In this document: in pieces, positions 9,218-17,738 of the stretch
Position numbering within the stretch: position 1 is the first letter of the stretch
Layout: each line of letters begins with the position of its first letter
Assembly: GCF_002135355.1 (NCBI RefSeq)
Contig: NZ_NEGE01000001.1
Coordinates: forward strand, 81,764-121,763
Direction: 5' to 3'
Length of the DNA: 40,000 bases
Source: Acinetobacter sp. ANC 4169
Lineage (GTDB): Bacteria > Pseudomonadota > Gammaproteobacteria > Pseudomonadales > Moraxellaceae
Position numbers and translations under genes: made by a program
The notes under the pieces: model-generated
The model's input: the letters and a program-made list of their open reading frames with translations, nothing else
What the model was told of the DNA's origin: nothing
Databases searched by the model: none

Positions 9218-9754
9218 ATGCAACAGCAGAAAACACGATTTCCTTTAGGGACACATCTTATCGTTAAACATTTTGGATATTCCCATCACGGCATTTACGC
9301 AGGTCGTGGTCGGGTTATTCATTATTCAGGTTTTGCCCATTTATTTAAGAAACGTCCCATTGAAATCACCTCACTGGAAAAATTCAGCTTTGGTAAAACC
9401 ATCATCGTCCAGCAATATAGCAATCCTAAATTTAGAGGTCGCAAAGTGGTACGGCGTATGCGTTCACGCATGCACGAAAACCAGTATCATTTAATTATTA
9501 ATAATTGCGAACACTTATGTACCTGGGCAATTACTGGTGTAGAGAGTAGTCCTCAGGTCATTCACATGATGAACCGCTTAACCACGATTGGTTATGTCAG
9601 TTCCCTCATGAGCTTTATGAACAGCATGTTACTGACCATCACCACCACCAGTTTTGCTTTGGTGTTGTACATCAAGAAAAAGTTACGCGATAAAGCAAAA
9701 AAACGTATTCCTCATTATTTATTGTTAAAACAGCAAGATCCCAATAAACAATAA
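9218..9754 (+). CDS. LRAT/PLAAT-like NlpC/P60-superfamily protein with a C-terminal membrane anchor
   Basis: 178 aa. His box GYSHHGIYAGRGRVIHYSG and the Cys motif NNCEHLCTW (LRAT NCEHF-type). Hydrophobic tail LLTITTTSFALVLYI followed by KKKLRDKAKKR. Confidence 0.7.
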   Translation: MQQQKTRFPLGTHLIVKHFGYSHHGIYAGRGRVIHYSGFAHLFKKRPIEITSLEKFSFGKTIIVQQYSNPKFRGRKVVRRMRSRMHENQYHLIINNCEHLCTWAITGVESSPQVIHMMNRLTTIGYVSSLMSFMNSMLLTITTTSFALVLYIKKKLRDKAKKRIPHYLLLKQQDPNKQ

Positions 9755-9844
9755 TAGATTTGCTTTCACGCTCAATCTGCACACTTTAATTTTTATTCTC
9801 AGTCTTTAAATAATGGGTCATAGCTACAGATTTTTAACCCTGGT

Positions 9845-10291
9845 TTAAACAAAGGGCGGGAACTTATCATTCACCAGATTTAACTGAGCCCCATATTCCA
9901 GATATGCTTTGCAGCCATCCAGCACAGTGGTGAACCCTCCTGTTTGCTCAATGGCGAAAGCAACTAGGGCTGAGCCTTCCAATGAAATATCATAATTGCG
10001 AATGCGTAGATAAGTTTCTTGTGCTGTTATTTTCTCAAAAATAAAGTCTACCGTGCTTTTGGGTTCTCCCCAGACAATCTGAATCAGTTCATTATTAATC
10101 AACTGCTCTACATACACACTGGTGGTTACTTCATATTTTTCCCAATACCAGTCTACCGTTGTGTTTTCAATCAAGTGTCCTGTAGATGAAGTAAACCAAA
10201 ATTTGCTGGTGATTTCGGGCTCAACAAAGGCATTAAATACCTCTGCGACCGGTTTTCGAATTAACATTTGGGTTTCTATGACAACGCTCAT
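9845..10291 (-). CDS. SRPBCC-fold protein (AHSA1/polyketide-cyclase-like)
   Basis: 148 aa. N-terminal IRKPVAEVFNAF..PE....W pattern, and the size is typical of SRPBCC ligand-binding proteins. Confidence 0.6.
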   Translation of the reverse strand: MSVVIETQMLIRKPVAEVFNAFVEPEITSKFWFTSSTGHLIENTTVDWYWEKYEVTTSVYVEQLINNELIQIVWGEPKSTVDFIFEKITAQETYLRIRNYDISLEGSALVAFAIEQTGGFTTVLDGCKAYLEYGAQLNLVNDKFPPFV

Positions 10292-10432
10292 TTTTATTCC
10301 CCTCAGCCTGTTGTTTTAGTGATAGCCATCGTTATTTTCTTATTGAATATTATTTTTCCGAGAATAAATAGCCCTGGTTAATAAGATCACACAATAAAGT
10401 CGCTACAGTCAAAAGCAGTGTTTTTGCACAAA

Positions 10433-10461
10433 TAAAAAAGCCCAACCGAAGTTGGGCTTTT
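10433..10461 (-). terminator. glnS terminator
   Basis: AAAAAAGCCCAAC-CGAA-GTTGGGCTTTT. On the minus strand the hairpin is followed by TTTTTT. Confidence 0.75.
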
Positions 10462-10558
10462 AGAATATTTATTTCAATTAATTTTCACCTGTATCACAGC
10501 TTCATCTCTTGCGCTCGGGCAAATGAGCCATATATGGCGCAAGACGAAGTGGTTTTGC

Positions 10559-12286
10559 TTATCCTTGCTTAGGCTTAAAGCTATCCTTTAAGTCCAAAAT
10601 ACGGTTAAACACAGGTTTAGCAGCAGTATGGTCATACTGATCTGCAACGAAGTAACCTTCACGTTCAAACTGGAAACGATCTTCAGCTTGAGCCTCTGCC
10701 AAAGCAGGTTCAATAATCGCTTGCAATACAGTTAAAGACTCTGGGTTCAAGTTCGCCAAGAAATCATCACCCACTTCTGGATCAGATTCAGTGAACAGAC
10801 GATCATAAACACGAACTTCAGCCGGTATACCTTTAGTTGCAGATACCCAATGCACCACGCCTTTTACTTTACGGCCTTCAGGATTTTTACCTAAAGTTTC
10901 CGGGTCAATTGAACATTTCAGTTCAACCACTTCACCGTTAGCATCTTTAATCACTTCATCGCACTTGATCACGTAAGCATGACGTAAACGTACTTCACCT
11001 TCAGGAATTAAACGTTTAAAGCCTTTCGGTGGAACTTCTTCAAAGTCTTTACGGTCAATGTAAATTTCAGAAGTCAATGGAATAATACGATCGCCCATGT
11101 CGACGTTTGGATGACGTGCATGACTCAGGTCCATATCTTCAGGCAAGTTGGTTAAAGTCACTTTCAGTGGATTTAACACCGCCATACCACGTGCAGCGGT
11201 ATTTTCCAAAGACTGACGGATGCAGTATTCCAGCATTGCCACATCAACAATACTGCCATCGACTTTAGATACGCCAACACGCTTACAGAAATCACGTAAA
11301 CCTTCTGGTGTAAAACCACGACGGCGCATACCTACAACAGTCGGCATACGTGGATCATCCCAGCCATTCACAAAACCACCTTCTACAAGCTTACGAAGCT
11401 TACGTTTAGAGGTAATGGTGTAGTCCACATTTAAACGGCTAGATTCGTACTGATGCGGAACTGCTGGAGATTTCACTTTCGCCACGATCCAGTCATAGAA
11501 TGGACGATGATCCTGGAACTCAAGGGTACAAAGTGAATGTGTTACACCTTCAATGGCATCTGACAATGGATGAGCATAGTCATACATTGGGTACATTTTC
11601 CATTTATCACCAGTCTGGTGATGTTCTGAATGCAGTACGCGATACATAATCGGATCACGCATATGCACATTTGGAGATGCCATATCAATTTTGGCACGCA
11701 GTACCGCTTGTCCTTCACCCAACTCGCCATTACGCATCTGTTCAAAACGCGCCAGGTTTTCTTCTACAGTCGCCTCACGGAATGGAGAGTTTTTGCCCGG
11801 TTCTACAAATGAACCACGGTTTAACTTGATTTCTTCAGGGGTTTGCAAATCGACATAAGCATCACCTTGTTCAATCAGTTGTACTGCCCATGTGTACAGT
11901 TGATCAAAATAGCTTGATGCATAGCGTGGTTCACCATTCCAGTTAAAACCGAGCCATTTTACGTCGTTGGCAATACCGTCCACATATTCTTGTTCTTCTG
12001 CGTCCGGGTTGGTATCGTCAAAACGCAGGTTACATACACCATCAAATTCTTGCGCAATACCAAAGTTCAAACAAATCGCTTTCACGTGACCAATATGCAA
12101 ATAACCATTCGGTTCTGGTGGAAAACGTGTCACCACTTGCTGCGTACGGCCTGCAGCCAAATCGTCAGTAATCACTTGGCGTACAAAGTCTAAGCCCGGC
12201 TGTTGTTCTTGCTGCGCAGCATCGACAGATTGAGTACTTGTTGTCGGGTTATTTGGCAGGGATGAAACAACATCATTCGGCTTCAT
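10559..12286 (-). CDS. glnS: glutamine--tRNA ligase
   Basis: 575 aa. Class I HIGH motif (PNGYLHIGH) and an xxSKR (KMSKS-type) motif (ITSKRKL). Overall GlnRS-like pattern ([18 protein letters not shown]). Confidence 0.96.
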   Translation of the reverse strand: MKPNDVVSSLPNNPTTSTQSVDAAQQEQQPGLDFVRQVITDDLAAGRTQQVVTRFPPEPNGYLHIGHVKAICLNFGIAQEFDGVCNLRFDDTNPDAEEQEYVDGIANDVKWLGFNWNGEPRYASSYFDQLYTWAVQLIEQGDAYVDLQTPEEIKLNRGSFVEPGKNSPFREATVEENLARFEQMRNGELGEGQAVLRAKIDMASPNVHMRDPIMYRVLHSEHHQTGDKWKMYPMYDYAHPLSDAIEGVTHSLCTLEFQDHRPFYDWIVAKVKSPAVPHQYESSRLNVDYTITSKRKLRKLVEGGFVNGWDDPRMPTVVGMRRRGFTPEGLRDFCKRVGVSKVDGSIVDVAMLEYCIRQSLENTAARGMAVLNPLKVTLTNLPEDMDLSHARHPNVDMGDRIIPLTSEIYIDRKDFEEVPPKGFKRLIPEGEVRLRHAYVIKCDEVIKDANGEVVELKCSIDPETLGKNPEGRKVKGVVHWVSATKGIPAEVRVYDRLFTESDPEVGDDFLANLNPESLTVLQAIIEPALAEAQAEDRFQFEREGYFVADQYDHTAAKPVFNRILDLKDSFKPKQG

Positions 12287-12452
12287 AGTTGATAAATCAC
12301 TTCTATAAGATAAAATAGGATAATTAAAACGCTTTTCTCTATTTTTAACAAAGAAAATAACGTTTTTGCTTGCCTTGTAGTTTACAGTTTGCTTATGCTT
12401 CTCTCAACCAAAAACCCATGGCTTTTTTAGTCCATGATTAGGAGATTATAGA

Positions 12453-12962
12453 ATGAGTTTTCCTCAAGTCGAATTAAACACCAATAAAGGACGTATTGTT
12501 CTTGAACTTAACTCAGAAAAAGCACCTAAAACTGTTGCAAACTTCTTGGAATACGTTCGTGACGGTTTTTATGATGGCGTAATTTTCCACCGTGTTATTG
12601 ACGGTTTCATGATCCAAGGCGGTGGCATGGATGAAAACTTCAAAGAAAAAGCAACACGTGACGCGATTGAAAATGAAGCAGATAACGGCTTAACCAACGA
12701 TTTGGGTACTATTGCAATGGCACGTACTCAAGCGCCTCATTCTGCCTCTGCTCAGTTCTTCATTAACGTGGGTAATAATGCATTCCTGAACCACTCTGGC
12801 AAAAATGCTCAAGGCTGGGGCTATGCAGTATTTGGTAAAGTGACTGAAGGTCTTGACGTAGTTAACGAAATTAAAGGCGTTCGTACCGGTAACCGTGGCT
12901 ACCACGCTGACGTTCCATTAGAAAATGTTGTAATCGAATCTGCTAAAATCATTGCTGAGTAA
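12453..12962 (+). CDS. ppiB: peptidyl-prolyl cis-trans isomerase B (cyclophilin)
   Basis: 169 aa, colinear with E. coli PpiB ([37 protein letters not shown]). Confidence 0.95.
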   Translation: MSFPQVELNTNKGRIVLELNSEKAPKTVANFLEYVRDGFYDGVIFHRVIDGFMIQGGGMDENFKEKATRDAIENEADNGLTNDLGTIAMARTQAPHSASAQFFINVGNNAFLNHSGKNAQGWGYAVFGKVTEGLDVVNEIKGVRTGNRGYHADVPLENVVIESAKIIAE

Positions 12963-13072
12963 AAAACGTCCTCCCCATTCTTTATGAGTTTTAAAGCATC
13001 GCTTTAAAACGGAGTAATAAAAACGATTCTTCATCAATTGAAGAATCTGGAGGATTAAAAGGAAAAAAATTA

Positions 13073-13792
13073 GTGACCTATCTGTTTATCTCTGATTTAC
13101 ATTTGTCACCTGAACACCCTCGACTTGTTCGGGGGTTTTTGGATTTATTAGACAGTTATAAAGATAGAAATACCCAGCTCTATATTTTGGGTGACTGGTT
13201 TAATGCCTGGATTGGCGACGACTACACCGCACCCTGGCTAGATGAAATTGTGCATGCCCTGCAAAAATTTAATCGTGCTGGCAATCATGTTTATTTTCAG
13301 GCCGGCAACCGTGATTTTGCGCTAGGTAAAAAATTCCTAAAACAATTTAATGGCACATTACTTACTGAACCCGCAATTTTAAAAATATCCCAAACCACAT
13401 ATCGCCTAGAACATGGTGACCTGCTCTGCACTGATGATGTGTCATATCAAAAGTTCCGTAAAATCATTCGCAATCCATTGCTTTTAGGTTTCTTAAAACG
13501 CCTGCCTTTAAGCTTTCGGCAAAAACTGGCCAATGGTTTCCGTAAAAAAAGCGCAGAAACCAAGCAAGTGAAGTCTTATGACATCATGGATGTGAATCAG
13601 TTTGCTGTGAAAGTTGCTTTAGAACATGTTGATGTATTGATTCATGGCCATACCCATCGTGCTGCCATTCATGAACTGCGCGATAAAAAAAGAATTGTTC
13701 TGGGCGACTGGCGTGAACATGAAGCACAGATTTTAGAAATTGATCCTAAGCAAAAAAATATAAAATTACAGTTAAAGACTTGGAGTTATTAG
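13073..13792 (+). CDS. lpxH: UDP-2,3-diacylglucosamine diphosphatase LpxH
   Basis: 239 aa with a GTG start. LFISDLHL, YILGDWFNAWIGDD, GNRDF, HGD.LCTDD and HGHTHR metallophosphatase motifs as in E. coli LpxH. The ppiB-lpxH synteny matches E. coli. Confidence 0.94.
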   Translation: MTYLFISDLHLSPEHPRLVRGFLDLLDSYKDRNTQLYILGDWFNAWIGDDYTAPWLDEIVHALQKFNRAGNHVYFQAGNRDFALGKKFLKQFNGTLLTEPAILKISQTTYRLEHGDLLCTDDVSYQKFRKIIRNPLLLGFLKRLPLSFRQKLANGFRKKSAETKQVKSYDIMDVNQFAVKVALEHVDVLIHGHTHRAAIHELRDKKRIVLGDWREHEAQILEIDPKQKNIKLQLKTWSY

Positions 13793-13882
13793 AATAAAAG
13801 CTAACAACAATGACTTCGAAAACTTGATAAAGTCATTTGTAATATATTAATATTTCAATAACTTACTTTTAAAATTAATAAT

Positions 13883-14344
13883 ATGCAGTTCAATTTTCAA
13901 AAAGCAAATAAAGTTTTTTCAATTTTTATGCTTTTAATCTTTTTTGTATCTGCGATCAATTTAGATGCAGACTTATCATCATTTGTAAAAGAAAATTTTA
14001 CCCTTCTATTAATTATTTTCTTACTCAGCATTTCTTTTATGCTCTATGAATTATTATCGGAAATTAAAGCAAAGCAGGATAATAAATTTACTTTTTCAAA
14101 TGAAAATAAAGATTTAATTAATAAATTATCTAAACTCTCATACGAAGAAAAAAATATATTATCTTTATTTATGAGTGACAAAGTACAGGAAAAGGCATTA
14201 AATCCAAATGATCAAGCAGTTGCTTGGCTCGAAACAATTAAATTTATTATTAACACTGGAAAAATTGAAGGAAATAAAAAGATTTTTAGAATAGAACCCA
14301 CTCTATCAAAACATCTTTTACAGAATCCAAATAGTTTATATTAA
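13883..14344 (+). CDS. membrane protein resembling the superinfection exclusion protein B (SieB-like) family
   Basis: 153 aa. Two N-terminal TM helices. The C-terminal LSKLSYEEKNILSLFMS..ALNPNDQAVAWLE...FRIEP..SKHLLQNPNSL matches the remembered SieB-family pattern. Very AT-rich (12 G+C in the first 60 nt). Confidence 0.5.
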   Translation: MQFNFQKANKVFSIFMLLIFFVSAINLDADLSSFVKENFTLLLIIFLLSISFMLYELLSEIKAKQDNKFTFSNENKDLINKLSKLSYEEKNILSLFMSDKVQEKALNPNDQAVAWLETIKFIINTGKIEGNKKIFRIEPTLSKHLLQNPNSLY

Positions 14345-14346
14345 AT

Positions 14347-14376
14347 AAAAGCCCAATAAATATTGGGCTTTTATTT
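14347..14376. terminator. bidirectional terminator shared by the convergent SieB-like ORF and aldolase gene
   Basis: AAAGCCCAA-TAAATA-TTGGGCTTT, flanked by A-rich sequence upstream and a short T-run downstream. Confidence 0.75.
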
Positions 14377-14380
14377 AGAT

Positions 14381-15178
14381 TTAGTAACCACCTTCAGATT
14401 TTATCACCTCAGCATCACTTTTATACTGGGCTAAAAGTTCACGCAGAGAGTTCATCAATACGCTGGTATCTACACCAACAGCGACAAACTCTGTACCCAA
14501 ATCAAGATACTGTTTTGTAGCTTCATGTTGGGTAGATAAAATCCCGGCTGCTTTACCTGATGCACGTATACGTTGAATTGCATCTATTACGGTTTTTTGT
14601 ACTTCCGGATGGTTAGGATTGCCCTGATAGCCCATGGTGGCAGACAAATCCACAGCGCCAATAAATACCCCATCAATGCCTTCTACTTTGAGAATTTCAT
14701 CCAGATTTTCCAGACCTGTTACAGATTCAATCTGAATCAGCAGACAAATATTTTCATGGGCCTTTGCATAATAGTCAGGAATACTGTTCCAGCGTGTTGC
14801 ACGTGCCAGTGCCGCACCCACACCACGGATTCCTTCTGGTGGATAGCGCACAGCTTTGACCATCAGCTCAGCTTGTTCAACCGTTTCCACCATAGGAATG
14901 AGTAAAGTCTGTGCACCAATATCCAAAAGCTGTTTAATCAGTTGCACACTGCCAATCGGTGGACGAACCACAGCTTGTGAAGGATAAGCCGCAATACTTT
15001 GCAGTTGAGAGAGTGTGGTTCGTAAATCACTGGGTGCATGTTCACCATCAATCAGTAACCAGTCATAATCTGCATTGGCTGCAATTTCAGTGCCATAAGC
15101 ATCTGCCAGCCCGACCCATAAGCCAATCTGCTGCTCAGTTTTTAGTCTTCTTTTAAAATGGTTTGTATCATCTATCAT
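14381..15178 (-). CDS. hpaI: HpcH/HpaI-family 2-keto-3-deoxy-acid aldolase (4-hydroxy-2-oxoheptanedioate aldolase-like)
   Basis: 265 aa, near-colinear with E. coli HpaI/HpcH (QIGLW.GL, DWLLIDGEHAP, YPSQ.VVRP, IKQLLD.G.QTLL.PMV, RYPP.GIRGVG.ALARA.RWN.IPDY, GVDGVFIG..DLSA.MGY.GNP.HPEVQ). Confidence 0.9.
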   Translation of the reverse strand: MIDDTNHFKRRLKTEQQIGLWVGLADAYGTEIAANADYDWLLIDGEHAPSDLRTTLSQLQSIAAYPSQAVVRPPIGSVQLIKQLLDIGAQTLLIPMVETVEQAELMVKAVRYPPEGIRGVGAALARATRWNSIPDYYAKAHENICLLIQIESVTGLENLDEILKVEGIDGVFIGAVDLSATMGYQGNPNHPEVQKTVIDAIQRIRASGKAAGILSTQHEATKQYLDLGTEFVAVGVDTSVLMNSLRELLAQYKSDAEVIKSEGGY

Positions 15179-15420
15179 TTGCTTACTCCACCCAATGACT
15201 ACATGCTGATTTGATTAAACGTCATTTGGCAAAAAGTACCAATATTGATTTCGTATTTTGTCATTGTATATAGCTATTAATGATTCATTTTATTAAGTTT
15301 TTTACTCTAAATCACAATAAATATTGGTACTCTATACACCAAAATATAAGTTATCTAAAAATTCTTCTAAGCTATTTCAGCCATGAATCAGGTAAAATCA
15401 TAAAAAATTTAATAGTGGAA

Positions 15421-16083
15421 ATGTCACTCATGGATTTGTTAAACGTTTCAAAAACACGTTACACCACCAAAGCATACGATGCTTCAAAAAAAATCCCGCA
15501 AGAGCAATTTGAACGTTTATTGGAAATTCTGCGTCTCACGCCATCCTCTATCAATATTCAACCCTGGCATTTTTTTATTGCCGATCATCAAGCTGCCAAA
15601 GAGCGCATTGCCAAGGCTTTAGTGGGTAAATATGCCTACAATGCACCTAAAGTCTTAGATTCCTCTCACACCATTCTGTTCTGTACCAAAGCAGATATCA
15701 GTGAACAGCATTTAGATACCCTACTCACCCACGATGATGTCAGCGGCCGTTTTAAAGATGAAAAAGCCAAACAAGGACAAAAAGACAGCCGTAGCGGTTA
15801 TGTGGATTATTACCGTAATGAAAAAGGTGATATTCAACGCTGGGCAGAAAATCAGACCTTTATTGCACTAGGCCAATTATTGCTGGCAGCCGGTATTGAA
15901 GGTGTGGATGCCACTCCCATTGGTGGCTTTGATGAACAAATTCTCCGTCAAGAACTGGAATTAGATGAAAAAGGTTTAATTCCATCAGTCATTATGACGT
16001 TGGGTTATCGCAGTGAAAGTGATTTCAATGCGCAGTTACCCAAATCACGTCTGAGTCGTGAAGAAATTTTTACCAAGCTTTGA
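15421..16083 (+). CDS. oxygen-insensitive NAD(P)H nitroreductase (NfsB-like)
   Basis: Colinear with E. coli NfsB from MDLLNVSKTRYTTKAYDASKK (NfsB: [21 protein letters not shown]) to FNA.LPKSRL. I prefer a start at 15421 or 15430. The 15280 start adds an AT-rich extension with no homology. Confidence 0.88.
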   Translation: MSLMDLLNVSKTRYTTKAYDASKKIPQEQFERLLEILRLTPSSINIQPWHFFIADHQAAKERIAKALVGKYAYNAPKVLDSSHTILFCTKADISEQHLDTLLTHDDVSGRFKDEKAKQGQKDSRSGYVDYYRNEKGDIQRWAENQTFIALGQLLLAAGIEGVDATPIGGFDEQILRQELELDEKGLIPSVIMTLGYRSESDFNAQLPKSRLSREEIFTKL

Positions 16084-16100
16084 TTAAAAAAAATTACAAT

Positions 16101-16126
16101 AAAAGGGGCTAAAATGCCCCTTTTAT
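16101..16126 (+). terminator. nfsB-like gene terminator
   Basis: AAAAGGGGC-TAAAAT-GCCCCTTTT, a perfect 9-bp stem. Confidence 0.75.
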
Positions 16127-16200
16127 GTCATTCTGGGACTTATTTTTGCAACAATATTGCGGTATATTTGCCCAAAAATAATAAACGGTAATTCCAGATC

Positions 16201-16431
16201 ATGCCTCCAGCTATTAAAATGCCGATAAAATTTGAATGCAAATCTTGTAAAACGGTTTACATGCACAAATACAGCCCAGATGCTATTTTGACTTCATATC
16301 CCACATGCCCTCATTGTCAGCAGCCTGGTCAACTTCAGGGCACAATTGAAATGCAAGATGTATTCAAGCATCCGATCGCTATGGCTCATTACTATTTGCA
16401 AGATACCTTACAACGGTTTCAACGCTCATAA
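16201..16431 (+). CDS. small zinc-ribbon protein (CxxC...CPxC), paralogue 1
   Basis: 76 aa. MPIKFECKSCKTVY...YPTCPHCQQPG, reminiscent of FmdB-type CxxC_CxxC ribbons. Clear paralogue of 16591..16812. The start could instead be the internal ATG at 16219. Confidence 0.6.
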   Translation: MPPAIKMPIKFECKSCKTVYMHKYSPDAILTSYPTCPHCQQPGQLQGTIEMQDVFKHPIAMAHYYLQDTLQRFQRS

Positions 16432-16590
16432 TTAAGTCAATGTCCTTATTTTATAAGCCTTAACAACCTGTAAATACGGCGTATTTAGATGCGCTGTATT
16501 TTTAATTTAATTTTTTTGCACTAACTATTTTATGGTCTGCTTTTTGCTACATACCCACTTATAACGATTAAAATTTTTAAGAGGTTCAGC

Positions 16591-16812
16591 ATGTCTTTGT
16601 TTATACCTATGCCAATGAAATTTGAATGCCATCACTGCCGGCAATGTTATATTCACCTCTATCAACAAGAAGATCACCACTATCCTGCCTGCCCTGCGTG
16701 CCATAACAATGGTTTGCTGATGGGTATAGCGGAGCCGGAAGATTTTCTTCAACATCCCCTTATGTTTATATCTGGTTATCTTAAACAGACATGGCATAAG
16801 CTAAGCAAATAA
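16591..16812 (+). CDS. small zinc-ribbon protein (CxxC...CPxC), paralogue 2
   Basis: 73 aa. MPMKFECHHCRQCY...YPACPACHNNG. AAGAGG Shine-Dalgarno upstream of the ATG. The 3' end overlaps the convergent EamA gene by 32 nt. Confidence 0.6.
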   Translation: MSLFIPMPMKFECHHCRQCYIHLYQQEDHHYPACPACHNNGLLMGIAEPEDFLQHPLMFISGYLKQTWHKLSK

Positions 16813-17644
16813 CACTCGCCAAACCCAAAGCCAGACCGAATGCAGTTGCAGGTTTTAATTTTTCTTTAAACAGCATTACACCACTGAAAGCCCCCAATAG
16901 CACCACCAGAATATTCATGCCTGCAAACACAATTGCAGGTGTGTCTTTCAATAAAATATGCGCCTGAACATAAAGTGCAATATTAGCAAAGTTCAACATT
17001 CCCAGACCGATTCCAGCCAGTATATTTTTTTTACTGCCCGCAGTTTTTGTGGTTATTGCAATATAAGCCAGTGACAATACAAAGGCACAAATAAACATTA
17101 GGTTTAGGGCGACGGCAAACTGTACGCCTAATCCAGTGGTGTACTTGAGCAGCACATCAACTAAGGCATAGCCAAACCACACCAATGCCAGATAGAGCAA
17201 GCCTTGCTTTGAAAATGACTGCCCTTGTGCTGCTGCTTGATGTGAAAATAAAATACTTAGGACGGCGGAAATCCCTAAACCGATCCCGACCATTTTCAGG
17301 GTATTAAACTGTTCCTGAAAAATAAAAAATGCTGCTAACAGCGATAAAACTACAGATAAACGCTGGGCGATTTCTGTTTTTACAATACCGGCATATTGCA
17401 AGGATTTCGCCAGACACAAGAAAATGCTCGGCAATAACACACCCAGCGCTACAATCAGCCACCACGGGGTATCTACAACTGAAATATGCTGTAAATCCGG
17501 CTTAAACCACTGATAACACAACAGACTCGCAGAAGCATAATTCCAGACGATCATCTGCAAGACATCAAAACCTTTGGCCTTGCATAGTTTTAAAAGAATA
17601 GAGATGATGACACTACAGCACGCTGCAGCCAATATAAGTTCCAT
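16781..17644 (-). CDS. DMT-superfamily (EamA-like) transporter
   Basis: 287 aa with about 10 hydrophobic helices in a two-halves organisation typical of EamA/RhaT-type permeases. Confidence 0.75.
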   Translation of the reverse strand: MELILAAACCSVIISILLKLCKAKGFDVLQMIVWNYASASLLCYQWFKPDLQHISVVDTPWWLIVALGVLLPSIFLCLAKSLQYAGIVKTEIAQRLSVVLSLLAAFFIFQEQFNTLKMVGIGLGISAVLSILFSHQAAAQGQSFSKQGLLYLALVWFGYALVDVLLKYTTGLGVQFAVALNLMFICAFVLSLAYIAITTKTAGSKKNILAGIGLGMLNFANIALYVQAHILLKDTPAIVFAGMNILVVLLGAFSGVMLFKEKLKPATAFGLALGLASVICLAYAMSV

Positions 17645-17688
17645 CTTTTGGCTATTTTCCTTATTTTAATGAATCAAGAATTAGATAC

Positions 17689-17717
17689 AAAAAAGCCCAC
17701 AGTGATTGTGGGCTTTT
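17689..17717 (-). terminator. fba terminator
   Basis: AAAAAAGCCCAC-AGTGATT-GTGGGCTTTT. The T-run falls on the minus strand. Confidence 0.75.
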
Positions 17718-17738
17718 GATTATAAATAATCTTGAGGA

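Noticed and set aside
16525-16797. A 90-aa ORF lies antisense to the second zinc-ribbon gene.
   Set aside because: It has no Shine-Dalgarno or recognisable features. The sense-strand ORF is supported by paralogy with 16201..16431 and by a good Shine-Dalgarno.
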